Source: Octopus vulgaris (Eukaryota). From it: DNA of 64,000 bases. The stretch lies in assembly GCA_951406725.2 (NCBI GenBank), contig OX597832.1:65534001-65598000 (forward strand), in the 5' to 3' direction. A program made the translations under genes and the position numbers. This document shows, one piece after another, positions 44,361 to 57,939 of this stretch (position 1 is the stretch's first letter; each line of letters starts with the position of its first letter). Below the pieces are notes generated by a model, which was not told the origin of the DNA, searched no databases, and saw nothing but the letters and a program-made list of their open reading frames with translations.

Positions 44361-47300
44361 CACACACACACCCATAGATATAGTTAGGGAGTGCGAGGGA
44401 AAGTGAAATTCACATAGACATGCATATGTATGTTATCGATGACAATCGCAAAGCACTCGCACTAACGCTCATATACCTTTTTTTGTATCCCTCTTCTACT
44501 GTCACTCACTCCCCCTCTCTCTTTATTGCTCTACCACACATTATATGTATGTTCATGTTATTATTTCTTTATTTATGATAAATATTTTCTGTCACGTAAA
44601 TTGTATTTCTTGCGAGATTAACACAATATTCTGCTGAATGTCCTCAAACAAAAATTCAATTAACATAAACCAGAAAAGAAAAAATAAAGCTAAAAAGACA
44701 AAAATCAAAAACCACACATAAAAATGTACAAAGCTTAATACAATTAATATAGAAATATAGATCTCTCTCATTATATTGTTATACATGAAGAAATATATAT
44801 ATTTTTTAAAGTATACTTATAAAAACATAATATTTAAAAGACAGGCTATAAATATATCTTATCATTTCGTGTGTCTATCAACGAAAATTCAACAAACGGC
44901 ACCTTTGCAAACCAAATGCCCTTTTTTTATACACTCCAAAGCCTGATGAAATTATTAATTGTTAATCACAGCAGAGGAATGAACTGGTTGAAGTGGTCGC
45001 ATTCTCGGTGAAATATTTAGCGGTATATCGCCCACCTTTACGTTTTGTGTTCAAATATCGCTGAAGTTGATTTAAGCTTTCATCCGTTCTGAGTCGATGA
45101 AAGAAAGAGCACGCTAAGCAGAAGGGTGGATGTTATTGACTGGAACCCTCACCCCATCAAATTTCAGTCCTTGGGCTTATAGTAAATAGGATTATCATAG
45201 CACAGGATCCGGCAGAATCGTTTGAACATCGGCTTAAATTCCATGCTTTATTTTTGTGGATTTATTACATCCAGCTTCAAAATATTCCAAGAACAAATTC
45301 ATGTTTCGTACATTTGGTGTCGTAATGTCCAAGTAAGGTATTGTGACCCACGTCATCGACTTTTCACTCCCTTCAATTCCTGGCAGTAGTGAAGTGAAAG
45401 ACCATTTCTTGTTTCATCCATCTTCGCTCTTACTTCGGATCGACCTAGGCTCGAAACCACACATTCACTGTTTGCAATCAACAAAACTATCAAATATATC
45501 TGAATCTACATGGTTTCCTGTTCTCGAAGTAATTGAAAGCTTTCCTTTCTAAAACCTTTTTTAAACGCAAGGAATTCGGTTTCTGACGTATGGTATCATA
45601 TATATGTATATATATATATATATATATTCTTTTTGATGCTCTGATAATGGTTAGATCTATATTGCTATATCGCTCTTATTAGCCATCATATTAAGGCAGT
45701 GAGGTGATAGTGCGTTTAGAGATTCAGAATAATATACTTTAATGGCATTTCTTCACAGTCTTTCCCTTCTGATTTCAAATGGCTCTCCGGTCAACGTTGC
45801 CTTCTATCCGTCAAGGGTCTGTAAAATAAAGAACCAGCCCAGTTCAGGGGTAAATGGTATCGATTAATCAACTCTTCTCAGTATTGCTAGCTTAATATTT
45901 AAAGGAGAAACACTGACGTATCCGATTAAATAGTTTAGTCGTCGAGAGACAAATAACTAAAACAGTTATAGTATAGTAATGTTGTATATTAACAAATTTA
46001 CTTCTGCTAAATGTTTGAGGGCTACATTGATAGAATTTATTTACGAAGACAGAACAGTACATTTGAAAAGATTAAATTGAGTATTTATGCCTTATTTCAT
46101 AAAGATTTCGATGGCAATTTACAGCTGTGTAATCGACAGAGGTGGTGATGGTTATATAGCCATAAATCCGGTTAAGAATTTGAGTGGGCTTTCCTTCCAC
46201 ATTTAATAAATAGATATATGTATATCCTCAAGACCGTGCCAAGGAAACCAAAGACCAGTACTTATAAACGCAATACAATCCGGATATTTGACATAACTGA
46301 GCTACACAGACCATCCTTTCTCATGTTTGTGTTCAGAAATCATGTTAACAATCGAGTGGAGAGTGTTGTATCTGTATTTAAAGAAGGTATATTCACAAAT
46401 TGTCACGTAAACGTATTGGATAAACGTGAAATAATATTTCGCGCATGTTTGAATATATATATTACGTAAATATGCGTATACGCATATGCATGAACGCATG
46501 GACGTATGGGTGTGTGTATATGTGTGGGTGTGCGTGTGTACCTGTGTGTGTGTGCGCATATGTCTGTACACACATAAAATATAGACACAAACACTTGCAT
46601 AAATCGCAAACGGTGTGGATTTTAAGGTTCTCTGTTGATGATTGCTAGAGTAACATTTCCTGAAATTGTCATTCAGATAAACCATTACCATTAAAACGAT
46701 GATAGGAAGTAAATGACCCATTAACGTTCCTCTATTTTTGCGCCAGTAAATCATGTATATAATTTACATCCTGCTCATTTTTGTCAGCCTCACCAATAAC
46801 AAACACATCAGCAACAGAGTTAACGGCTACATCTTTAGCAAAGATAATACCCCATGGAATTTGTCGCATTCGAAACATTTATTAAAACTATAAGGATTAT
46901 TTTAAATATATTGTGAAAATAAATATTAATGTCTTCAATCATCTTGCACCATTGTCGTTCTGGCAAATGTTTCCATTAAAGCAGCTGAAACGACCGTTGT
47001 TATCATAATTTCATGTTATTTAATTCGCCCTGCATCACGTTTATAGATAACGTAATGCACGGCGAATTATTGGAATGATAAGGATTAATTGCATCTAAAT
47101 TTGCGCACAAAGTAGTTAATATATTCCTAAACATTAATTGTTTTCTGTGAGAGTTAAACATATTTCTGGATCGAATAAGGATCAAATACGTCTTATAAAA
47201 TGATTGAATATTAAACTTAAAACAGTTTGGATAACGTCGCATCATTATAAAATAAATATGGAACCAGATATACAAATATTAGTAAATGTCGGTGTTTCGA

Positions 47301-47509
47301 TCATTGAAAATAGAAGCACCTTATAAAATACGACAGTAATATATATAGTCACCAAGACATATGTCAAGCTATTGGATAATTGACTGAAAGCATGTTTTCA
47401 TCAACTTATACACATATCTTTAAGAAATCTGAAAGTTTCTTTGACCTGTACCTCTACAAGCAAAGCTACTATCTCGCGAAAGGAAGATTCGTAGAATTCA
47501 CGTTTCAAT

Positions 47510-47705
47510 AAGACGGCGAGCTCGGAGAAAATTTGGACGCCGGGCGAAATGCTTAGCAGTATTTCGTCTGCCTTTACGTTCTGAGTTCAAATTCCGCCGA
47601 GGTCGACTTTGCCATTCATCCTTTCGGAGTCGGTAAATTAATTAACAGTTGCTTACTGGGAATCGATCTAATCGACTGGCTCCCACTCCCGAAATTTCGG
47701 GCTTT
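47510..47705 (+). mobile_element. SINE with GAGTTCAAATTCCGCCGAGGTCGACTTTGCC..CATCCTTTCGG.GTCG core
   Basis: B-box-like GAGTTCAAATTCC; multiple dispersed copies in the window. Confidence 0.7.
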
Positions 47706-48019
47706 GTGCAATGTTTCAATGATTCCTCCTCAATTTTATCACCACACATTGTAGTCTACATTCAAACCGTTGCTGCAAAAGTTGAGAAAAATTATTGATA
47801 TTATCTTACAAAGACAATCTTTCTAAAACACTTGGAAATTATCAACATTTTCACATATTTATGATGTAATTCTGTGTTTAAGCGCTTCCAAGTAAATGAT
47901 TGTAAACGCAAAACACTACATGATGTGAAATGTCACACCGATTTATGCTACATTGACACGACTCTTAGCTAGTGTTATATACTTTATTATAATAATCATC
48001 ATCATCATCATTATTATTG

Positions 48020-48056
<37 letters not shown>

Positions 48057-48109
48057 CATTATTATTATTATCATCGTCATCATCATCATTATTGTTATTA
48101 TTATTATTA

Positions 48110-48179
<70 letters not shown>

Positions 48180-49118
48180 CATTATTGATTTACACAAAAG
48201 AACTTGCCAACATATATATTTTTCATAATGTTTTTTCCTCTTTAGTCGCAAAATACTTTGTGAAAATATCGCTATCTTCTTCAATAATACGAACGACCAA
48301 CCACTCTTCAAATAATGCTTACATCGTCAGCCAAAAATATACTCCTGCGATACTATGATATAAACAGTGTTTGTTATTGTATTCAAATATTTGTTTGCCC
48401 TGCTTGCGTATTATATATCAGATAACATTGTTTTATTTTTCATTAGCATCCCAAACCAGGAGCAAATATTTAGTTATAAGAATATATGTGAACATATATT
48501 CCGACACAGACACACAGACACACACACAGACACACATACACACACACACACAAACACACACACACATTTATATATGATGAATCTGACAAAGATGTATATT
48601 TTACAGAGAGTCTCCAAGCAAACTTTTAGGCCCATTCATAGATCATAAATATATAGCTAGATAGTTCAACTTACCGTATATATCTATCTGTTACTTGTTT
48701 CAGTCATTTTACTGCGGCGATGCTGTGGCACCGCCTTGATGGGTATTTTAGTAGACTATTCAACACCAGAGCGTACTTTTTACTTGTATTATTCTATCGA
48801 TCTGTCTTGCCAGACCATCAGGGTACGAGGCCATGGTAGCTGCCGTGAGGGACAAACCCAGACACAAATACACACGGACATAAATATATAAACACACACA
48901 CACACACACGCACACACACATATATATATACGTATGTATAAATATATATATACACATATACAATATATAAATATAAATATATATATGTCTATATATCAAC
49001 AATAAAGGAACGGCCATAATAGGCCATTCACCCACTAGAAATAACAGCCAAAGCTTCAACCGCAAATAAAAGTTAATTCAGTAAACCAGGAGAAAATTTT
49101 AAAAACATTTACCCTGTA

Positions 49119-49225
49119 ATTTCTTATACGATATACCGTTTCATCTGCTGATTAATGGTAAACTAACCTGATTAAATTAAACCAAGCCAATCTTCCACAG
49201 GCCCTCAGATTCTTCAGTAAGAAAT
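49119..49225 (-). ncRNA. Type I hammerhead ribozyme
   Basis: Reverse complement: ATTTCTTA-CTGAAGA-ATCTG..CAGAT-GAAA-CGGTATATC-GTA-TAAGAAAT. Confidence 0.9.
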
Positions 49226-49613
49226 AGCCCAAGACGGAACAGATATTTTCACGAGGCATTTCCGACGTTGCCAAGTTAATATCTGACCTAAAATTTTCAA
49301 ATCGTCGCACTCGCGCCAAATTTATCGGCAGCAAATAAATATAAGCCGTCGATTCCATTACGGAATTAACCAGAAAATTCATAATTAATCAATATAGGGT
49401 GGCAAAAAAAAAATTTTGTAGAATTCTTTTGCCACCAGCGGCCTAGTAGGAAAAAATTAAAATAGTCAAAGACCATTTTTAAGTTCAACATCAACAATAA
49501 AGGAACGGCCATAATAGGCCATTCACCCACTAGAAATAACAGCCAAAGCTTCAACCGCAAATAAAAGTTAATTCAGTAAACCAGGAGAAAATTTAAAAAA
49601 CATTTACCCTGTA

Positions 49614-49720
49614 ATTTCTTATACGATATACCGTTTCATCTGCTGATTAATGGTAAACTAACCTGATTAAATTAAACCAAGCCAATCTTCCACAGGCCCT
49701 CAGATTCTTCAGTAAGAAAT
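49614..49720 (-). ncRNA. Type I hammerhead ribozyme
   Basis: Same motif as 49119-49225. Confidence 0.9.
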
Positions 49721-50464
49721 AGCCCAAGACGGAACAGATATTTTCACGAGGCATTTCCGACGTTGCCAAGTTAATATCTGACCTAAAATTTTCAAATCGT
49801 CGCACTCGCGCCAAATTTATCGGCAGCAAATAAATATAAGCCGTCGATTCCATTACGGAATTAACCAGAAAATTCATAATTAATCAATATAGGGTGGCAA
49901 AAAAAAATTTTGTAGAATTCTTTTGCCACCAGCGGCCTAGTAGGAAAAAATTAAAATAGTCAAAGACCATTTTTAAGTTCGACATCAACAATCTGTGGAA
50001 GATTGGCTTGGTTTAATTTAATCAGGTTAGTTTACCATTAATCAGCAGATGAAACGGTATATCGTATAAGAAATTACAGGGTAAATGTTTTTTAAATTTT
50101 CTCCTGGTTTACTGAATTAACTTTTATTTGCGGTTGAAGCTTTGGCTGTTATTTCTAGTGGGTGAATGGCCTATTATGGCCGTTCCTTTATTGTTGATGT
50201 TGAACTTAAAAATGGTCTTTGACTATTTTAATTTTTTCCTACTAGGCCGCTGGTGGCAAAAGAATTCTACAAATTTTTTTTTTTTTGCCACCCTATATTG
50301 ATTAATTATGAATTTTCTGGTTAATTCCGTAATGGAATCGACGGCTTATATTTATTTGCTGCCGATAAATTTGGCGCGAGTGCGACGATTTGAAAATTTT
50401 AGGTCAGATATTAACTTGGCAACGTCGGAAATGCCTCGTGAAAATATCTGTTCCGTCTTGGGCT

Positions 50465-50571
50465 ATTTCTTACTGAAGAATCTGAGGGCCTGTGGAAGAT
50501 TGGCTTGGTTTAATTTAATCAGGTTAGTTTACCATTAATCAGCAGATGAAACGGTATATCGTATAAGAAAT
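50465..50571 (+). ncRNA. Type I hammerhead ribozyme
   Basis: CTGAAGA 50473-50479, GAAA 50548-50551, GTA 50561-50563, stem I ATTTCTTA/TAAGAAAT. Confidence 0.92.
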
Positions 50572-50958
50572 TACAGGGTAAATGTTTTTTAAATGTTCTC
50601 CTGGTTTACTGAATTAACTTTTATTTGCGGTTGAAGCTTTGGCTGTTATTTCTAGTGGGTGAATGGCCTATTATGGCCGTTCCTTTATTGTTGATGTTGA
50701 ACTTAAAAATGGTCTTTGACTATTTTAATTTTTTCCTACTAGGCCGCTGGTGGCAAAAGAATTCTACAAAATTTTTTTTTGCCACCCTATATTGATTAAT
50801 TATGAATTTTCTGGTTAATTCCGTAATGGAATCGACGGCTTATATTTATTTGCTGCCGATAAATTTGGCGCGAGTGCGACGATTTGAAAATTTTAGGTCA
50901 GATATTAACTTGGCAACGTCGGAAATGCCTCGTGAAAATATCTGTTCCGTCTTGGGCT

Positions 50959-51065
50959 ATTTCTTACTGAAGAATCTGAGGGCCTGTGGAAGATTGGCTT
51001 GGTTTAATTTAATCAGGTTAGTTTACCATTAATCAGCAGATGAAACGGTATATCGTATAAGAAAT
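50959..51065 (+). ncRNA. Type I hammerhead ribozyme
   Basis: Same motif; GTA at 51055-51057. Confidence 0.92.
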
Positions 51066-51882
51066 TACAGGGTAAATGTTTTTTAAATTTTCTCCTGGTT
51101 TACTGAATTAACTTTTATTTGCGGTTGAAGCTTTGGCTGTTATTTCTAGTGGGTGAATGGCCTATTATGGCCGTTCCTTTATTGTTAATGTTGAACTTAA
51201 AAATGGTCTTTGACTATTTTAATTTTTTCCTACTAGGCCGCTGGTGGCAAAAGAATTCTACAAAATTTTTTTTTTTTTTGCCACCCTATATTGATTAATT
51301 ATATATGTCTATATATATATACATACATACATACGCACACACACAAACACGCATACACACACACACATGTATATGTTCAAATAGATACAGTAGCAAAAAA
51401 CTAAAAATAAATTCATACTCACCGTTAGATATGACAGAGAATATGATGCTCGGATGAAAGATATAATATCCTATATCAAATGACGGTATATACACGATTC
51501 ATAGCAAAACGCCATTCATAATTTCGGAGCTATGTGAAATTTCACACAAATCTACTTCGAAAAGCACCAAACAGCTGATTGAAAGAGTCACTGCGTTTAA
51601 CGGAAATTCTAATTATATTTTTGTTTGTCGCCAACATCTTATTGAACTAATTACAAACTAATTGTAGGAGACAACTTTACATTGTCTAAACGCTCCATCT
51701 TTGCCTTTTGTAATTCATAGTATGTCGCGTCTTCATCCTCCATTCCGTAATTGTACAGGAAGCTGCACACATATACACAAACGCACAAATACACACATAC
51801 AAACACACACACATAGAGATATATCGATAGATATCGCTCTAACGTGGTATATACATACATACATACATATATATATATATAT

Positions 51883-52270
51883 AGGCGCAAGAGTGACTGT
51901 GTGGTAAGAAGCATGCTTTCCCAACCACATAGTTCTGGGTTCAGTCCTACTGTGTGGCCACTTGGGCAACTGTCTTCTACTGTAGCCTCAGGCCGACCAA
52001 AGCCTTGTGAATGGATTTGGTGGACGGGAACTGAAATAAGCCCTTCGTATACATATATGTGTATACGTGTGTGTGTGTGTGTGTAATTGTATGTATGTGT
52101 TTGTCTCCCCACAATCGCTTGACAACCGATGCTCGAGTGTTTATGTCCCCGTAATTTAGCGGTTCGGCTAAAAAGACGGATAGAATAAGTACTAGAATTA
52201 CAAGGAATAAATACCGGGATCGATTTGTTCGACAAAACGATGCTTCAGCATGACCGCAGTCAGAAACATG
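51883..52270 (+). mobile_element. Bipartite SINE, near full length
   Basis: GGCGCAAGAGTGACTGTGTGGTAAG..GGGTTCAGTCC head, internal (TG)n, tail GCTTCAGCATGACCGCAGTC. Confidence 0.75.
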
Positions 52271-52290
52271 TAAAGGAGAAAAGAATATGT

Positions 52291-52381
<91 letters not shown>

Positions 52382-53833
52382 TCTGCATGTATGTATGTCT
52401 ATATCTATATATATATATATGTATGAGCAGTATATATTATTTTTATATCTGATATAATTAGGAATTGACAAATTATTTAGTCAATATAAAGAGAGTCGAA
52501 GCTCCATTTGGATATTATGATGTTTTCTGGAATTTCAGTGGAATGAGTTAAATAGTAACTGTAGTTGAGTGAGTACACACACCCCATTCACACATAACAC
52601 ATACAAAGTCACGTACACACATACACACGCACACGCACACACACACACACACACACCTACATTCACACAAACACAAATGTCAGTACAAGAAACGTTACTG
52701 ACCCAAAGAGTGTAAAGTGTACGCATATACATGTACGTATGTACGTGTGTAAGTAGAAATATTTGCATATGTAACGAAAAATGTATTCAGAATAATGGCT
52801 AATTAAATTTCGGAGATGAACCTAGAGAAAAAGTCGTTCAGAAATAGACAAAATCTCCTGTTGATTATTTCCGAAATTTCTGGTCTCCATCTTCGCTGTA
52901 AATTGTTTGAATTTTCTTGCAGTTGAACTCCAAGTCTGCTCTGAGTGATCATGCATATCACAAAGGGCATTTCATCCTTGAACCTCGCCTCATTGTACAA
53001 TGTTGTAGAACTATGGATCGTTAAGATTTTAAACTCTTATCTAGACGAGGTTTGGCGGTAAATTCTAGAATACAACAATCGATTGCTTGAGTTCGAGTCT
53101 GTAGCAGCAGAGTATAAAATGGTGTTTATGATATTATAAACTCGTTTTGTTTTATTTTTTTTCAAGACAGAATTAGAGCTGGGGTGTGGAGTGATTTCAT
53201 TTCCCTTTTCGCAGGATTGTTGATTTATATAATGGCAGCCATATCACTTCTGTCAAATAAATACGATATACACTTTATCACAAGATCTTGCAATTCGCAT
53301 TGTTCCCATACTTCGAAACGACGTTTGATTTATACTTTTTGTTCTGGTTGAGGGTATGGTGGGAAAGTCTGTCGTTTCACTTGGTATGTTACCGTCTTTT
53401 TTGACTGACTCTTATTCTCTAAATCTCTCTCTCTCTTTCTCCCTTTCTCTCTCTCTATGTGTGTACCTCTTTCTATTTCATTCTCCCCACTAGTCTGCAT
53501 CTTTGTATCTCTTTCTCTCGCTAACTTTTTTGCTATCATTTTGTTTTATTTACACATTTCCTATCTGATGACGTTTTACAGTTGAATCAGTCCCTAAGTC
53601 TGAAGATATCGTCCTATTTTCTTTCTGATTTATATTAACGAATAACATTATTTTATTTTATCTTTTTTTGTTTCTCTTCGCCTACTTATTCTAGAATACG
53701 ACTAATGTTGTTTATTATTATACTGTTGTTTTTCTTTATACGTATTTACGTTCTTTCTATTCCAAGGAATTCCGTTTTATAAATAATGATGCCGATAATA
53801 ATACTAAAAACAGCTACAACAAAAACTTATACA

Positions 53834-53912
<79 letters not shown>

Positions 53913-54180
53913 TAATAATAATAGTTTCAAATTTTGACACAAGCGCAGCATTTTGAAAGAGGGATAATCCGATTACATAGACCCTTAACTTATCGACCCC
54001 AAAAGTATGAAAGGCAATACAATCTCGGCGGGATTTGAACTCAGAACATGGAGACTGACGAAATATCGCTAAGTATTCATTCCAGTGTGTTACTGATTCT
54101 GTCAGCTCACCATCTTAATGATGATGACGACGACGACGATGATAATGATGATGATGAATATGATGATGATGATGATGATG

Positions 54181-54251
<71 letters not shown>

Positions 54252-55116
54252 TTCTACTAGTCTTGAAAATTTTTGGGTGGAGTGAGGCCAGTCGGTTATA
54301 TCAACCGCTATGCTTAGCTGGTAATTATTTCATCGATCTCGAAAGGATGAAACACAAAGTCGACTTAGGCGGAATTTGATCTCGGAAACGTGAAGATTGG
54401 CGAACTCGTAATGTAAGAATAATAATAGAAATATAAAAGGAAATATTAGTAAAAAAACTTTAAAAAGTGTTAACGTTAAATTTAGAAAGAAAGTATTCCA
54501 GATCTCATGTAGAGACACAAGGAAATTATGGAAAAGCTAAGCGTAAAACCTTGCTTCACAAAAACCAAACCAAAACCTCCCCACGCCAGTAAAAAAGCAG
54601 AATAAAAAAAACACACAAAAAAACAAAAAAAAACAAAGAAACATTTTAAACAATAACACCAAAGAGTGAAATAAGAATCTATAAAGAATTCGTCAAATCA
54701 GAAACATAAACACAATCGAATGTCGAAAAAAAAGACAAAAAATGAAAGAAACGAACCAATAAATTAAACAAAAAATTGTTTATTCTTGTGTGCTTGATTT
54801 TAATGTTTGTGCCTTACATTTGGTTGTGTGTGTTTTCGTTTTACCTATATACACTTTTTTGTCAGATTTGAATGCTATGTGTGTATATAAAAATGATATA
54901 TTAGCAAAACAAATTCAGGGGCTATTATAGTATGCATCAGCGAACAACCTTAAATACACTTACATCGATAGTGTAGAATGTTATCCTGACTATTTGATAA
55001 GCAACAAGAACAGCACTATTATTGATTATAACAACAACAACGACAACAACAATAATAATGACGATAAAAATAATATCTATTAAACAAGTAGAGCTATGGA
55101 AGTATAGAAACGAGCA

Positions 55117-56002
55117 TACGAGGTGATATCAAAAAGTTCCCAGATTAGTTATACTTAATAAAAAATAATTTATTTACCTTAGTTTTAACAGCATCTCCTT
55201 CGAAATAGTTGCTTTGCGCTGCAGTACACCTGTCCCAGCGTTCCTGCCGCTTCTAGAATCGTTTTCCGTAAGCGGGTAGAGGATATTCTGCGATTAACTC
55301 TTGATCTCGAAAACGGTGTTAAAACCTTTTAACTGTCTTTTTAGTGTGTAGCAGCAATGGAAGTCTGCAGGTGCTAAATCTGGTGCAAGGGCGGGTGCGG
55401 AAACGATATCATGTTGTTTTGGGCGGGAACCTCACGAGTGACGAGATACCGGTGACAGGGAACATCGTTGTCGTGAAGATTCCAATGCTTAGCGCACCTC
55501 AGTTCCGGTCGCTTTCACCGAATGTCTACGCTCGAAACCTCATTGGTTGTCCTCCGTCGAACCTCATGCAGAATCTCAAGAACTTTCTCCACATTTCTCC
55601 AGGGTTGAAGCACGTGGAACTTTTCCAGGTCACTCACCATGTTCCAGGGGGGTTCTTTCGCATTTGAAGCGCCCGTAAGACTCGAATCGTTGCGTACATC
55701 ATATTACCTCGTCTTGGTAAGCTTTCTGAAGATTTCTTAATGACTGTGTAGCAGAATTCCTAAGTTTAATGCAAAATTTCACGTTGAATCTTTATTCCAA
55801 TTTCCTGTCCGTGACAAAAATCGCCGACTACTCGTAATCACAAAAATACAAATTTCACAATTTGCGAAGTAAACTCAGCAAATATACTCGATATAATGTC
55901 TCATAAAAGTTACCGCTAGCTCTCACTGCGCAAGCAACCGTGTGCTGCCATCTGTTGGCGCGCTACAGAAATAGTCGAGGAATGTTTTGATACCACATTC
56001 TA
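55117..56002. mobile_element. Internally deleted mariner-like element with TIRs
   Basis: TA|CGAGGTGATATCAAAAAGTTCC at the left and imperfect reverse complement GGAATGTTTTGATACCACATTC|TA at the right. Confidence 0.65.
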
Positions 56003-56380
56003 CGATTCGCAGCAATGTGAGGGTTAAGAGCGTGTGTTGCCTTCTAATGTGTTTATGAAAAGTTAGATGAGAATAATACTGCTGGTGAGACTGAGTGGAT
56101 CTACTTTCCTATGTATGCCTTTCGCAGCAGGAGGAATGAAGATGGAATATGATACTTCTCGTGCCTTGGGGTAGTAAAATAATCCGGGGCACTTTGTGCG
56201 GGGTTTACACCACTTGCGCTATTGGGAATTCTATTAATTATTATTTCCTAATTTCTATTTTTATATATTTTTATATCATATTCTCAAATATTGTACTTCC
56301 CATTCACCCCATTCACCATTCCCCTCAAATTGTTTCTCTATTTTACTTCGTCCTCCATGTCCTGTAATAACAATAATATT

Positions 56381-56536
56381 ATGTGACCACCATATGTGAC
56401 CACCATATCGCGCACATATGGTTGTGATGCATGTGTCTGGTGCACCCTTATCAGATGGGTAGCCATGATAGGTATATTAGGCTTCATATAATTGTAACCC
56501 AGTGTCACTTTGATGGCATGCACTGCTCTCTCACAC
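56381..56536 (+). mobile_element. Element 'E' short 3' fragment
   Basis: Matches ~27200-27342; small ATGTGACCACCAT duplication at the 5' junction. Confidence 0.75.
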
Positions 56537-56552
56537 AATAATAATAATAATA

Positions 56553-57265
56553 AATTACCAAAAACATGTAACGAAAAGAAATATTACAAGTAACTGCAGA
56601 ATATGTGGAGATGGACAAGAAACAATAAATCATATTATCTCTAGCTGCCCAGTCCTGGCTAAGAAGGAATATATTCACAGATATGACAGAGTTGGAACCT
56701 ACATACATTGGAAGCTATGCCAACATTATGGAATAACAACAGAAAAAAGATGGTATAGGCACACACCAGAAAAGGTCACAGAAAATGAGAAAGCAACCAT
56801 ACTCTGGGATATGCCGATACACACAGATAGAGAAATTGAGGCCAACAGACCAGATATAGTTGTCAGAGATCATGAAGGAAAAAAATGCTTTCTAATTGAT
56901 GTATCAATACCGGCAGATGACAACGTGTCTCTAAAAGAAATGGAGAAACTCTCAAAATACAAAGACCTGGAAATAGAGGTAACTAGAATGTGGAATCTGA
57001 AAACAGAAACAATTCCTATCATAGTAGGTGCATTAGGCATGATAAAAAAAATATTCAGACAAATACATAACAAAAACACCAGGACTTACAAACACATATA
57101 ACATACAGAAAATTGCACTACTAGGCATTGCACACATCCTACGCAGAAGACTTTCCATACAATAACCATCAGAGCATCACAACAAATCACAGCACATACC
57201 CAAGGCACAGAGAGCTGCGCTCGGTAGTGAAGTGAAAGCACGCTATAAAAATAAAGCTACTGAAT
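56553..57265 (+). mobile_element. R4/Dong-type LINE family A, 3' fragment
   Basis: NYQKHV..CRICG..ETINHIISSC..ANRPD..KYKDL; ends CTACTG+(AAT)n. Confidence 0.9.
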
Positions 57266-57295
57266 AATGATAATAATAATAATAATAATAATAAT

Positions 57296-57825
57296 TGAAA
57301 AACTTCAAACAAAGAACATGCCTCCTCATTGATATGACTGTCCCAATCGATATAAACGTATCTGTCAAGACCTACCAAAAACTGAGCAAATATAAAGATC
57401 TTGAAATAGAAATCAGCAAAATGTGGAAGCTGAAGACTAAAACAATACCTGTTGTCATAGGTGCCCTGGGAATGATAGCAAAAGGGGCTGATAGCTACCT
57501 AACTCAGATACCAGGAAACCCAAAAATGGCAGAAGTTCAAAAGATAGTGCTCATGGGAACTGCTCATATCCTACGCAAAATACTCTCTATGTAATCTCAA
57601 GGTTTAAAACAAACATAATTTTCGGTTTAAAAAAAAAAACCAAAAAAAAAAAAACCTTTTTTTATTTTTTATTTTTAGACATTCATTAGTACAACATCCC
57701 CACCCCCCAAATATATGGCACACTAGGCATAACAACAACATGAACTTCCAACCCTGTTGTCTCTTGAGGTCTCTGGGTGAGACTTGGAGACAACTTGTAC
57801 AAATATAAAGCAAAAGTCAAACATA

Positions 57826-57828
<3 letters not shown>
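57296..57828 (+). mobile_element. R4/Dong-type LINE family B, 3' fragment
   Basis: ORF 57295-57594 CLLIDMTVP..KLSKYKDLEIEISKMW..VVIGALG; 3' UTR followed by (TAA)n. Confidence 0.9.
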
Positions 57829-57894
<66 letters not shown>

Positions 57895-57939
57895 TAAAAA
57901 TAACAACAACAACAATAACAATATTAATAATAATTAAAT

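Larger units (their letters stand above)
48995..51300. mobile_element. Hammerhead retrozyme-like array, locus 2: 2 monomers on minus (48995-49992) plus ~2.6 monomers on plus (49993-51300), ~17 bp TSD
   Basis: Period 494-495 bp; TATATATGTCTATATAT at 48980-48996 and 51300-51316; homologous to locus 1. Confidence 0.92.

Noticed and set aside
50308-50538. 76 aa ORF MNFLVNSVMEST... repeated four times in locus 2
   Set aside because: The homologous locus 1 monomer has a 4 nt indel giving a stop after ~18 codons; the conservation pattern fits RNA structure, not protein
52803-53000. 65 aa minus-strand ORF, and an open frame near 63255-63460
   Set aside because: No recognisable family, short length and no supporting gene structure
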